A stretch of DNA of 64,000 bases from Candidatus Latescibacterota bacterium. Its GTDB lineage: Bacteria > Latescibacterota > UBA2968 > GCA-2709665. The notes under the pieces were generated by a model, which saw nothing but the letters and a program-made list of their open reading frames with translations, did not search any database and was not told the origin of the DNA. Position numbers and translations under genes: made by a program. Position 1 is the stretch's first letter; each line of letters opens with the position of its first letter. Location of the stretch: assembly GCA_963667175.2 (NCBI GenBank), contig CAXXXF010000003.1, positions 32,001-96,000 on the forward strand, read 5' to 3'. This document shows, in pieces, positions 30,407-39,718 of this stretch.

Positions 30407-31045
30407 CTAGAACCTGAAATCCCGGTCCTGGACTCTGAATCCCAGGAGCGACGCGCGTCCATTCGGGTCGACCCGGACGAGCGTTGCGAATTCATCCGGA
30501 TGTCGCCGGATGTCTTCGACGATCTGCCTGCGCAATCTCTCCGGCACATGATAGTAACCGATCCCGAAGTTCACGTATTTCTCCCTGAACGATCCCCTTG
30601 CGACGGTCTGATCCGTCTCTCCGTATCCGATTGGCACCTCCTCCTGTCCGGTAACCACCGAATCCGCGATCCATTCTCCGGACCTATCCCGGCGCAGGGG
30701 AACGTGAACGGGTACCCATCGATACGCGGTCTTGCCGCGGATCACGACCTCTCCTGACCCCACCGCTGACGGCATCTCCAATCCCGTACTTTCAACGGCC
30801 CAGGTGGAATCCGCCTGCAACCGCAACGTGACGTAGACCGTCTCCCCGCGTTTGCGATGCGCTTCGGCCCGTGCAAATTCATACTCGATGCGGATGCCGG
30901 CGCCGCGCATCACGTGCTGCAGATTCGTGGCCTTTGCCGGAAGCCAGACTTCTCTTCCCGATTCCCCTCGATTGAGAGGCAGCGCGGCCAGGATGCCGAT
31001 TTGCGCGAGCAGCGCGACGCCGAACCAGGCGGACCTCTTACCCAT
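30407..31045 (-). CDS. GDYXXLXY-domain membrane-anchored protein (divergent)
   Basis: N-terminal TM, MRG..IRIEY, FGIGYYHVPE, VRVDPNGRA; usual partner of DUF2157. Confidence 0.7.
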   Translation of the reverse strand: MGKRSAWFGVALLAQIGILAALPLNRGESGREVWLPAKATNLQHVMRGAGIRIEYEFARAEAHRKRGETVYVTLRLQADSTWAVESTGLEMPSAVGSGEVVIRGKTAYRWVPVHVPLRRDRSGEWIADSVVTGQEEVPIGYGETDQTVARGSFREKYVNFGIGYYHVPERLRRQIVEDIRRHPDEFATLVRVDPNGRASLLGFRVQDRDFRF

Positions 31046-32372
31046 TGTGCGCCTCACCCTGTTTCAGATGCCGTTCAAATCGGATTCCACCGAGAATCAC
31101 GCCAACGCCGCAGGCGATGAACACGAACGACTTGAGGAACAGATTCGTATCCCACTCTATGAAGGTGTGGATGATGACCCACGCCAGAATCAACAGCCCC
31201 GCCCAGAAGGACGTCCTGCGGTGGACTCTGACCGCCGTATAGAGCAGGCTCACCGCGATGGCGCCGGCGGCGATCTTGGCGGCCACGGGCAATCCGAGAG
31301 GCTGCATCGCCAGCGTACCGGCGATGAGGACGGCGCCGGCAGCCAGCGTCGCGATCGAGCGGTGTCTCAACGGAGTCCTTTCGGGCGGCGTCCGGATCAC
31401 GGAGGTCCAGACGGCGACCGCAGCCAGGCCGGTCAGCCCGAGAGGTACCGTCCACATCCATCCATCCGACCGCCAGCCGGGTTTCGAGAATTCACGAGCG
31501 GCTTCCTCGAACGACATCATATAGGCGAGCAGCAGAATCACCGTCATCCCAACCGTCCTGGCAATAGTCCCCATCAGGCGCGCGGACTCAATCCTTTCCA
31601 GCCGGAGGCCCAGTCCGAACAGGAACGTCGCGGTCGCGGCTACGGCGAGGAGTGGCGGCCATTGCTCGCCGCTGTCGAGCGCCGCGCACACCGAAAGCGC
31701 CGCCCCCGCCGACAGGATGACGCCGGCGAAGGCCGCGGCGCTACGGCGCATCAGGAACGGCACGCAGACGGCGACGATCGCGAGGGGATACCAGCAAAAC
31801 ATGTGCGGATTGTTCGCCGTGTACCCGCAGAACCAGGCAAAGCTCGCGACACACGTCACCAGCATGCAGGGTCCGCTCATCGTCGCGAAAGCGATGACCG
31901 CGGAACCGAGCGCCCAGATCCCGAAGGCGCCATGAGGTTCTCCGGTGAGGTGAAACATCTGCGCGATCAGGAAGACGTTCGCGCCGAAGACCAGCGCGCC
32001 CAGCACGATCAGCGCCTCTCCGAGTCTTTTTCGGCTTCCCGACAACTTCCACAGGTAGAAGCCTGCGATCTCGCAGGCGAGCAGCGTTCCGACAAGAAGC
32101 GTCATTCTCCCTGGCACAGGGATCTCGTCCCACCTCGAAGCCACGAAGCTGATGGCGCCGCCGCCGATCAATACCGCGCCGATCAGATAGAGCGCCTGCA
32201 CGAGCAGGCCGCCCGATCTTTCGGCAACGTCGTCCAACCCGTAGCGTTTGGATATCGCGGCGGACTGATCCGTATCGACAACCCCGTCGTCCACCCAATC
32301 GTTCAGCTCCCGTCGAAGCATCGACCGGAAGGCCGGGGACACCCGCCTGCCGCCTGAATCGCTTTCGCTCAT
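31038..32372 (-). CDS. DUF2157 domain integral membrane protein
   Basis: L..W...G.V, FVASRW, GANVFLIAQMFH, many TM helices. Confidence 0.85.
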   Translation of the reverse strand: MSESDSGGRRVSPAFRSMLRRELNDWVDDGVVDTDQSAAISKRYGLDDVAERSGGLLVQALYLIGAVLIGGGAISFVASRWDEIPVPGRMTLLVGTLLACEIAGFYLWKLSGSRKRLGEALIVLGALVFGANVFLIAQMFHLTGEPHGAFGIWALGSAVIAFATMSGPCMLVTCVASFAWFCGYTANNPHMFCWYPLAIVAVCVPFLMRRSAAAFAGVILSAGAALSVCAALDSGEQWPPLLAVAATATFLFGLGLRLERIESARLMGTIARTVGMTVILLLAYMMSFEEAAREFSKPGWRSDGWMWTVPLGLTGLAAVAVWTSVIRTPPERTPLRHRSIATLAAGAVLIAGTLAMQPLGLPVAAKIAAGAIAVSLLYTAVRVHRRTSFWAGLLILAWVIIHTFIEWDTNLFLKSFVFIACGVGVILGGIRFERHLKQGEAHNG

Positions 32373-32470
32373 TGCAGTCCTTCCCGTTTCGCGTCTAGAA
32401 TCCGGTTATCATGAATCTTATCGCATCCTCGCTCAGGTGATTCCGAGCTGACACGATCTGACGAATAAAC

Positions 32471-32500
32471 AAAACGGCGGTGTTGAGTCAAACCGCCGAA
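32471..32500 (-). terminator. probable terminator after the DUF4160/DUF2442 pair
   Basis: CGGCGGT..ACCGCCG stem followed by TTTTGTTT on the minus strand. Confidence 0.5.
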
Positions 32501-32553
32501 ATGGTGTACTACGTTCTTTTCTTTTCGTGCTACAAAACACAGATACATTCCAC

Positions 32554-32799
32554 TCAGGCTGTAACCTTCACGATATCATACAGAAATTCAGGCGCAAAAT
32601 CCGCTTCATTCTCCCACGTTATCGTATGCAAGTCAGGGTGAATTCGAAATTTCCTGAAATACGCTTTGTTCTTCAACGGCAAGAAAACCGGGCCCCATAT
32701 TTCATCCTTCAGATCTACTTCTCCTTCCACACCGTCATTGAACCTGAGCCAGATCACATAGTCGCCTGCGTACCGGGCGTCAACTACACGGGGTATCAT
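32554..32799 (-). CDS. DUF2442 domain protein (putative antitoxin)
   Basis: FNDG..G.VDL..GPVF.PL..TITWENEADFAPEFLY. Confidence 0.85.
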   Translation of the reverse strand: MIPRVVDARYAGDYVIWLRFNDGVEGEVDLKDEIWGPVFLPLKNKAYFRKFRIHPDLHTITWENEADFAPEFLYDIVKVTA

Positions 32800-32803
32800 C
32801 ACA

Positions 32804-33061
32804 TTACTCCAGGGGTGGGATCTTGTTCAATGGACGACGCTGTTCTGCCAGTTCCCAATTCTCCATCAGTTCTCGTTGGTGAAGTTCATGCCATTCCAAA
32901 ACGTGGCTCAATGCCCTTCTAGGGAATTGTCCGGATACAGCGCCTGTTCTAATATCGACGGTGACTTGGTATTCCCCGTAAGTTGCGTGGAAATGGGGTG
33001 GTCCGTGCTCACGATGGAACATACCAATTACAATTCCAAGAAACCGACTGATCTCCGGCAT
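32804..33061 (-). CDS. DUF4160 domain protein (putative toxin)
   Basis: MPEISRFLGIVI.M..EH.PPHFHA..LMENW..IPPLE. Confidence 0.9.
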   Translation of the reverse strand: MPEISRFLGIVIGMFHREHGPPHFHATYGEYQVTVDIRTGAVSGQFPRRALSHVLEWHELHQRELMENWELAEQRRPLNKIPPLE

Positions 33062-33111
33062 GGTAATATTTCACGAAAAGTTATAGAAAACGCAACTGTA
33101 TAATCACTCCC

Positions 33112-33522
33112 TTAATGATCATCGCCGGAGTAGATCCACATAGGCTCCGTCCTGCCGGCCCGAGTGAACCCGCATTTCGCATAAAATTCGATTGCCCTTC
33201 CATCCGCAATCAGCACGTGCTGGTGGAAGCCTTCATAGTTCGCCATCAGCCTCTTCATCAACTCCGTTCCGATACCCTGCCGCTGATAGTCTGGATCCAC
33301 CAGCAGGTGCGGATAATATACGACGAGATGACCGTCCGAGATGGCATTGCCCAGCCCGACAAGCCGGCCGTCATCCCAGGCCGTGAGGAGGGAATGCGAG
33401 TTGATCAACGCATCGCGCAGTTCGGCCGGTTTGCCTGCGGAAGACCATTCATTCGCGGAATAGAGTCTCAATACAGCATCGAGCGGGAACTTCCGGTTGT
33501 CGCTATATTTGATGGATGCCAT
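33112..33522 (-). CDS. GNAT family N-acetyltransferase
   Basis: LLVDPDYQRQGIG acetyl-CoA loop, FYAKCGF. Confidence 0.9.
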   Translation of the reverse strand: MASIKYSDNRKFPLDAVLRLYSANEWSSAGKPAELRDALINSHSLLTAWDDGRLVGLGNAISDGHLVVYYPHLLVDPDYQRQGIGTELMKRLMANYEGFHQHVLIADGRAIEFYAKCGFTRAGRTEPMWIYSGDDH

Positions 33523-34537
33523 CGGATCCCCACCCCATCATATTTCTCATCTGGTCGACGCGGTCCCGAACGAATCCCGCCGCGCCGTCACGCAGACCCG
33601 GGTTGTCCGACCGGCCGGCCATCCAGACGGCGATTTTCATTCGATCGGCAATCAGAAACGCGGTCAGCAGACGCTCGTGGCCGGCATCCAGGGCTCGGAC
33701 GCTCCTGTAGCCGCGAAGAAAGGCAGCGCGCAGCGACGGGAAATCGCTCCGGCTGACCAGCGGGCCGAGCGTAGAAGCCATATCGCACAGATAGTAGCCC
33801 CATCCGCAATCGTCAAAGTCGAGGGCGCGCGCCTCTCCCTTCAGGAACACGTAATTGGCCTGATGCAGGTCCGAGTGGATAAGGCCGAAAACGGACGCCG
33901 TCTCTCCCAGTTGCGCCATCACGCCGCGCGTTATCGCTTCGGACCGGTCGACGATGGCCCCCCGTTCAGGGTCCAGCAAGGCCTTTGTGCGTTCCGGCGT
34001 GCTGCAGGTAACCCCGCCGAGCAGACCCTCTGCGTCCCAGACGATGCGCGTGAAACCGGATGAGGGGACGAAATCCTCGGCGTGGTCGTGCAGCCTGCCC
34101 ATGAGGCGGCCGACCATTTCCAGGTGGCGCCCGGTCAGGTCGTGCTGGCTGACAAAGCGACCCTTCACCCACCGGAACAGCGCGCAGACTCGTGGTTCCG
34201 GTATTCCCGGCGTCGAGGCGACCGTCAGCAGCTGACCCTCCCGATTGACGACCGGTGCGCGAACGACGAGGTCCGTATCTCGCGCAATGGCATCCATCCA
34301 CTCCAGCTCAGAGCGGATGGCGGCATGCGTCTTGCAGCTGTGACGGCCGACGCGCAAGACGTACCTGCGGCCACTGGCCCTCAACAGGAACGTGGCGTTT
34401 TCCCGGTGTTGTATCGGCCGAAGCGTGAAATCCCCCAGGTCGTAGGACGCAAGCGCCTTGAGCGCGAGCTGTCGAAGGCGGCGAAGCTGGCCCCTGTATG
34501 TAAGGTCATCGAATGGTGTCAGTTTTTCGGGCTCCAG
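33503..34537 (-). CDS. APH/homoserine kinase type II-like phosphotransferase, probable CTG start
   Basis: LIHSDLH..N and LDFDDCG motifs; the frame extends about 50 codons upstream of the listed TTG (TPFDDLTYRGQLRRLR..ENATF) with only CTG as a possible start. Confidence 0.82.
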   Translation of the reverse strand: MEPEKLTPFDDLTYRGQLRRLRQLALKALASYDLGDFTLRPIQHRENATFLLRASGRRYVLRVGRHSCKTHAAIRSELEWMDAIARDTDLVVRAPVVNREGQLLTVASTPGIPEPRVCALFRWVKGRFVSQHDLTGRHLEMVGRLMGRLHDHAEDFVPSSGFTRIVWDAEGLLGGVTCSTPERTKALLDPERGAIVDRSEAITRGVMAQLGETASVFGLIHSDLHQANYVFLKGEARALDFDDCGWGYYLCDMASTLGPLVSRSDFPSLRAAFLRGYRSVRALDAGHERLLTAFLIADRMKIAVWMAGRSDNPGLRDGAAGFVRDRVDQMRNMMGWGSDGIHQI

Positions 34538-34597
34538 ATCGTCTCTTCCTCATTTCTGTATCGACGGCTCGACTACCGCTTATAGAGTCCTCCGGCG

Positions 34598-35236
34598 TCA
34601 CTCTCCGAGGCGTTCCAGAATCGCGCTGGCGACCTGATCTGCCAGACGCTCGGACCCCTCTTGTGTGAAGTGCACGTCTTGCGGTCGCTGAATTTCCTGC
34701 AGTCGCGGCAGGGCGAATGCGTGCAGGTCGTTGACCGTTATGCCAGGCTGGTTCACGATCTCCTTTGCGGCGGCGTTATATTTCGCTGCGTCTCCCTGCT
34801 TCCGACCGTTGGCCCCCGCCGGCACGGGTGTCGTCGTCGCCCAGATCAGCTTCGCACCCGTCGCCTTCAGCCTCTCCACCAGCGTTCCCAGATTTTCCCT
34901 GTACTGTTCGATGGACGCCTGCGGTCCGCCGCCGTTCGGGTCGGCGAGTCTGCCCTTGGCATCGACATACTTCATGTCATGCAAGCCCCAGTTGAAGTGG
35001 ATGAGGTCCCAGGTCCGGTTGCCCAGCCATTTGTCCATTTGCGCCAGCCCATGGCTCGTCGGTCCGCAATTGTCTGGCGGCCGGTGGACGTTCCCTCTGC
35101 CTTTGAGACGTTCTCGAGTCGGAATCGTATACCCCATCGAGATCGAGTCCCCAATCAGAAGCACGTTGGGCAGGCTCGGGTCTCCGGTTATCTCGACAAA
35201 TGAAGGATGGCGTTCGGCGGCGTTCGTATTCGGCAT
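34598..35236 (-). CDS. SGNH/GDSL hydrolase family protein
   Basis: IGDSIS, FNWGLHD, WATTTP, DVHF. Confidence 0.9.
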   Translation of the reverse strand: MPNTNAAERHPSFVEITGDPSLPNVLLIGDSISMGYTIPTRERLKGRGNVHRPPDNCGPTSHGLAQMDKWLGNRTWDLIHFNWGLHDMKYVDAKGRLADPNGGGPQASIEQYRENLGTLVERLKATGAKLIWATTTPVPAGANGRKQGDAAKYNAAAKEIVNQPGITVNDLHAFALPRLQEIQRPQDVHFTQEGSERLADQVASAILERLGE

Positions 35237-35284
35237 CTGGAGCCCCCTGGCCCGAATTCGACCGAAGAGAAAATACACAAGCTA

Positions 35285-35313
35285 ACATGGATGGGCAAGA
35301 TGGACAGGATAAA
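35285..35313. repeat. 9-bp-period CATCCTG-type repeat, inverted copy of 30352-30380
   Basis: ACATGGATGGGCAAGATGGACAGGATAAA. Confidence 0.6.
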
Positions 35314-35462
35314 GGCCAACTGCATTAAACCCCGTGAATCGCGTCGGTTGTAAACGATATTCCAATTCCAGGTCGGATCGCGTCAGTTATAATGCCGGAT
35401 TTTCGGATCCCTGAATCGGGCAACCGCGCGGCGCCCCCAGGCGCCCGGGGATGTTTCCTTTT

Positions 35463-36500
35463 TCAGAGGTCCTCCATCCATTCGAGGACGAACGGTTCGC
35501 CTTCAAGATATCTCCGGCAGGCGCCTTCGACGAAACGAGGAAGGTTCGGGAATTTCTCGCCAGGATCCACCGTACGCCAGGACAGGAGTCGAATACAGGA
35601 CTCGATAAAGAAACTCTCGATAAATTGCATATGGTTATCGGGCAACGGGAATTGTTGTTCGTACCCGTCGAGAAAAGCCCGGCACAGCGTCGGACTCATC
35701 GGATTTACGGCGAAGCACCATCCCACGTCGGCCGGAAAGTACCCGAATCGACACCAGTCAAAGTCAATGGGACGGATCTCGCCCCGATGTACGACGCAGT
35801 TGCCACACGAAAAATCTCCGTGAAGCAATCCCCGGAATTCCGGCGACCCGTCCATTTCAGCCGTACGGTCGATCGTGTGGGATACTGCCCGTTCCAAAAT
35901 CGAGAAATCACTCGCGCCGATGCGACCGTCGTCTGCAGCGGGACGTAAGCGATTCAGATCGAGGCGGAGGCGATCGGGATCGACCCGGGGACGAGAGAAT
36001 CCTTCGGGAGGGGTCCACTGGCTGCTGTGCCGCTGGAGTTTGCCGAGGACCGTTCCCGCGTTGTGAAGTACTCCCGATGGCAGGTCAACGAACACCTCAT
36101 CCCCGTAATTGTCCCAGAGCAGATCGCCCTCGACCCAGCGGAGAAGGGTGACGAGAAAGGGGCGATCGCCATCGGACTCGACGTCGGTGATGAAGTCGCC
36201 TGACAGATTGAGGACCGGTCTCTGTACGATCAGATCGGTGTCGCGGTCCAGCGCTTCAAGCCAGAGACCGTGCGACCGGATGGCTGCTCGATAATCCTGG
36301 ATGTCCCCGTCACCCGTGGCATAGTAAACGGTGATCAGGAGACTGCCCGATCCGGTATCTGCACGAAACTTGACCATACTGTAGCCTGAAAATCCAATAT
36401 GGCCCACCGGTTTGCGCGCGTCGATGCGGGCTTCCCCTGTATCGTAGTTTTCCAGGGCTCGATCGGCGGCGTGCAGGTAATGCTGACGATGTTCGCTCAT
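35463..36500 (-). CDS. APH-family phosphotransferase
   Basis: LLRWVEG, LLHGDF..N, IDFDWC. Confidence 0.85.
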   Translation of the reverse strand: MSEHRQHYLHAADRALENYDTGEARIDARKPVGHIGFSGYSMVKFRADTGSGSLLITVYYATGDGDIQDYRAAIRSHGLWLEALDRDTDLIVQRPVLNLSGDFITDVESDGDRPFLVTLLRWVEGDLLWDNYGDEVFVDLPSGVLHNAGTVLGKLQRHSSQWTPPEGFSRPRVDPDRLRLDLNRLRPAADDGRIGASDFSILERAVSHTIDRTAEMDGSPEFRGLLHGDFSCGNCVVHRGEIRPIDFDWCRFGYFPADVGWCFAVNPMSPTLCRAFLDGYEQQFPLPDNHMQFIESFFIESCIRLLSWRTVDPGEKFPNLPRFVEGACRRYLEGEPFVLEWMEDL

Positions 36501-36530
36501 AAGCTCGGGAACTCGATTGACGCTCGAATT

Positions 36531-36666
36531 ACTCACCCCTTGAGGGGGAGTCGCCTGCCTGCGTCCGCAGGACAGGCAGGCAGAATACGAGCCGATCCCT
36601 GAGGCGCTGCCCTGAGCTTGCCGAAGGGTCGAAGGGCCGGCGACGGCTGATGCGGTGGGGGGATTT
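36531..36666. repeat. MITE/REP-like composite element with nested hairpins; second copy at 41709-41832
   Basis: Shared ends ACTCMCCCCTTGRGGGGGAGTCG and CCGGCGACGGCKGATGCGGWGGGGGGATTT. Confidence 0.75.
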
Positions 36667-36742
36667 CAACGCAATTCGATAGCTGGAATCATGAAGAACA
36701 TGAACGCATCTTACGCAGACGTCCGACTATAGGACCGTAACC

Positions 36743-37417
36743 CTATTGCTTGCGCCCGACCAGGAGCGTGTTTGGCGGGTCCCGCCAGACGAATTGGGCG
36801 TCAAATCCGGCTTCGCGCATAGCGTCGAGTTCGTCGTCGAGCGGGAAGTAGGTGTCTTCGGAGGACCACTGATCGAAGTGCTTGTGGGCGCGCTGTTCGT
36901 CAATGCCGCGGGAAACCAGGTGGGCCGCCCAGATGCGGTAGGTCTGCTCGCGTTCCCCCGGATCGGCGCTCATCGTCACGTCCCCGTTCACGAAAAGACC
37001 GCCGGGGCGGAGCGCCCGGTAGATGTGCTCGTACAGGGCGCGCTTGCGTTCCATCAGGGGAATGTGATGCAGGGCCAGAGAAGCGGCCACGGCATCGCAC
37101 GGGGGGAGCGGCGCGTCGAACGAACATTCGCGGAAACGCGCACGGGACCCGAACCGTTTGAGCCGGGCGCGGGCCCGGTCCAGCATCTCCGGATCCACGT
37201 CGATGGCTTCAACGGTTTCCACGCCGTCGTGTTCGAGCAGCACCTCGGCCAGCGCGCCCGTCCCCGCGCCCAGGTCCAGCACCAGGGCGGGGCGGATGGC
37301 AGCGACCTCACGGGCGATCCGGTCCAATCCCTCTTCGTATCCCGGGATGAACCTCCGGATGGTCTCGTCGTAGGCATCGATCTCGAGTCGAAGATGGCTT
37401 CGGACGGAGTGATTCAT
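36743..37417 (-). CDS. class I SAM-dependent methyltransferase
   Basis: VLDLGAGTG, ALHH, LRPGG. Confidence 0.9.
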   Translation of the reverse strand: MNHSVRSHLRLEIDAYDETIRRFIPGYEEGLDRIAREVAAIRPALVLDLGAGTGALAEVLLEHDGVETVEAIDVDPEMLDRARARLKRFGSRARFRECSFDAPLPPCDAVAASLALHHIPLMERKRALYEHIYRALRPGGLFVNGDVTMSADPGEREQTYRIWAAHLVSRGIDEQRAHKHFDQWSSEDTYFPLDDELDAMREAGFDAQFVWRDPPNTLLVGRKQ

Positions 37418-37463
37418 TCGTTATCCCTGATTCGGACTCCCGCGTCAGCATATTGGAATCGGG

Positions 37464-37525
37464 GTAGAATCCTGCCTCCCGAAATTGAGTTTCAGTCCAG
37501 CTCGCCCATTCGGATATTGATCCGT
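37464..37525. repeat. 62-bp direct repeat of an internal segment of the GNAT gene (39051-39112)
   Basis: 54/62 identity by manual alignment; encodes GSISEWASWTETQFREAGFY vs GSISEWESWTEMQFRETGSY. Confidence 0.85.
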
Positions 37526-37526
37526 A

Positions 37527-38717
37527 TCAGTCCTTGTACGGATCGAACACGTCAGCACCGGCCATAGCCACTCCCAACGGCGTCAATGTGTGCATCACGT
37601 CAATACAACCCTCGTGGTTTTCGATCACATCGTCAATGCGGCGATAGCAGTGCGGGCTTTCGTCCGTTCCGCCACCCCTCAACTGAACGCCCATAGGACG
37701 TATCCACTCGTGCATCATATCCATCGAAATCTCACCTGGCTTTTTCAAAATACGGCGCCCGCGCTTACGCCGCCACTTTCCAGCCGCCCGCGTGCGGCTC
37801 ATCACACGCCCCGCACCGTGGATCGTCGAATACAACGCCTGCTTGTTCTCGTCCGTATCCTTGCCGCGAATGATGTAGCTCTTGTCTCCCATCGAACCTC
37901 CAACGAAAGACCACTGACCGGGGAAGGAAGGCGTGGAACCCTTACGGACGACGTGATACGTCTGGCCGTTGTGTTCCTCTTCCCACGAAAAGTTGTGGTG
38001 ATTATTAACAACGTCTTCCACCACGCCGCCGATAATGTGGGCCGCCTTGCCACAAACCCACTTGCGACCCTTCTCCGCCAGAAGACCGGCCAGTTCCATG
38101 CACGCCCTGTACTCCTGGCCCAGGTCCGAGTCAACATCCAACAACGCGGGCGCCACGTGCATACCGTCCTCACCGCCTGCTGCCTTGATGTAATGCGTGG
38201 CGATCTTGTGGCCGAAGCCCCGCGAACCGAAGTGAACGCCTACCCACACGCGCCCTTCCTCATCTTCAAAAACGTCCACGTAATGATTGCCGGAACCTAC
38301 TGTGCCAAGCTGGCCCTCCGCCAGTCGCTTCAGGGTCTTCGCCGGCTCGATGTCCCACGCCGGATGGCCGCCCTGCTCGAAGATTGGATCGTCGACCGTC
38401 TCTTTGTTCTTCATACCAATCCCGAACGAGATTTCGTCAAATATCGCATCCATGATCGCGGCAATGTTCGCCTTCACGTGGCCGAGCGGAGAATCGAGGC
38501 GTACGGCGGTGTTGCCGCAACCTATGTCGAAACCCACACCCGATGGAGAAACCTTGTCAGGATACGCTACAACGCCACCTATGGGCATCGAATATCCCAC
38601 GTGATGATCTGCCATAAGGGCAGCGACGGAACCCGTCGTACGACAGCGGATGATCTGCTTTACAGCCTCCGGCGTGGGAGGCCCGAACACCAGAACATCA
38701 TCGACAATCTGTGCCAT
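37527..38717 (-). CDS. rtcB: RtcB family RNA ligase
   Basis: DHH.GY, GFDIGCG, GSGNHY, HFGSRG, HHN, RKG, GSMG, HGAGR, DESP..Y. Confidence 0.93.
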   Translation of the reverse strand: MAQIVDDVLVFGPPTPEAVKQIIRCRTTGSVAALMADHHVGYSMPIGGVVAYPDKVSPSGVGFDIGCGNTAVRLDSPLGHVKANIAAIMDAIFDEISFGIGMKNKETVDDPIFEQGGHPAWDIEPAKTLKRLAEGQLGTVGSGNHYVDVFEDEEGRVWVGVHFGSRGFGHKIATHYIKAAGGEDGMHVAPALLDVDSDLGQEYRACMELAGLLAEKGRKWVCGKAAHIIGGVVEDVVNNHHNFSWEEEHNGQTYHVVRKGSTPSFPGQWSFVGGSMGDKSYIIRGKDTDENKQALYSTIHGAGRVMSRTRAAGKWRRKRGRRILKKPGEISMDMMHEWIRPMGVQLRGGGTDESPHCYRRIDDVIENHEGCIDVMHTLTPLGVAMAGADVFDPYKD

Positions 38718-38948
38718 CACGATTCCTCGTATTCTTCATGAAATTTGTCATCATCCAACACTTCGGCTTTGTGGCCATCTGCTGCAAGCCAACTTCCTTC
38801 CGGGAGTTCACAACGCAGAGTTACGCGGTGATATGAATTGATGGTACCAAGAATCAGAACCCCTTTGAATTCCGCCTGATTTATTACACATTGAGTTTGG
38901 AGCCGCCGCCCGGCAGGTTATCTTGAGTGCAAGCACTGGACTCTTTCG

Positions 38949-39668
38949 TTAGGGATCAACCCGATGGTAATACCAGATATTGGGCTCGTTGTAGGCGCCT
39001 CGATTACTCTTGAGATCGATATTGATCGGAACCAAGCCCTGGGGAATACAGTAGGATCCTGTCTCCCGGAATTGCATTTCGGTCCAGCTCTCCCATTCGG
39101 ATATTGACCCGTTGACCGAAACGGCTGCGTTGGTAAAACCGAGCCTCTCGCCGCCAAGCTCTTCGTGGACTCGAAGCCAGGGATCCCACAGGCGCCCCGT
39201 CTCGTCCCTTCGATCCGCGTAGGATTCGATGGACTCCTCCGGTTCCTCGTGCTTCAAACTTGGCCTGACTGGCGCCAGGACACCGTGCAATCCATATTTC
39301 TGTGACAGGTTGCGCATTTCGAGCAAGATCGTTCGGCTAAGTCCCTGGCGTCGATATTTCGGTCTCACAAGAACACCAAGCGCGCAGAGTACACCAGTGG
39401 ACATCAGAGGCCAACGGGCTGAGTAAACAACTTCATCTATGGTTGACGGCGGTGGCAGGCCTGCATTCCATTCAAACGGGACCGAAAGTCCTGCGGCCAC
39501 CAGATTGCATCCATCAAGGACAAGCAGCTGAAATCTCTGAAACACGGTATAGATCGAAGACCAGTTTCGCACATCGGCATTAAGGAGAAACCTTGGCCAG
39601 GTGGAATCGTTCAACTCCTTTAATGCAGCCCACACCTGTGGCGATCTGTTCAACGTTATCAGTTTCAT
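38949..39668 (-). CDS. GNAT-fold acetyltransferase-like protein
   Basis: VRPKYRRQGLS, APVRP, DPWLRVH..GG, YNEPNIW. Confidence 0.8.
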   Translation of the reverse strand: MKLITLNRSPQVWAALKELNDSTWPRFLLNADVRNWSSIYTVFQRFQLLVLDGCNLVAAGLSVPFEWNAGLPPPSTIDEVVYSARWPLMSTGVLCALGVLVRPKYRRQGLSRTILLEMRNLSQKYGLHGVLAPVRPSLKHEEPEESIESYADRRDETGRLWDPWLRVHEELGGERLGFTNAAVSVNGSISEWESWTEMQFRETGSYCIPQGLVPINIDLKSNRGAYNEPNIWYYHRVDP

Positions 39669-39718
39669 CTGCGTTTTTCCGCCGAGCCCTCCGGCAATCG
39701 TGTCCAGGAACTGCGCTC

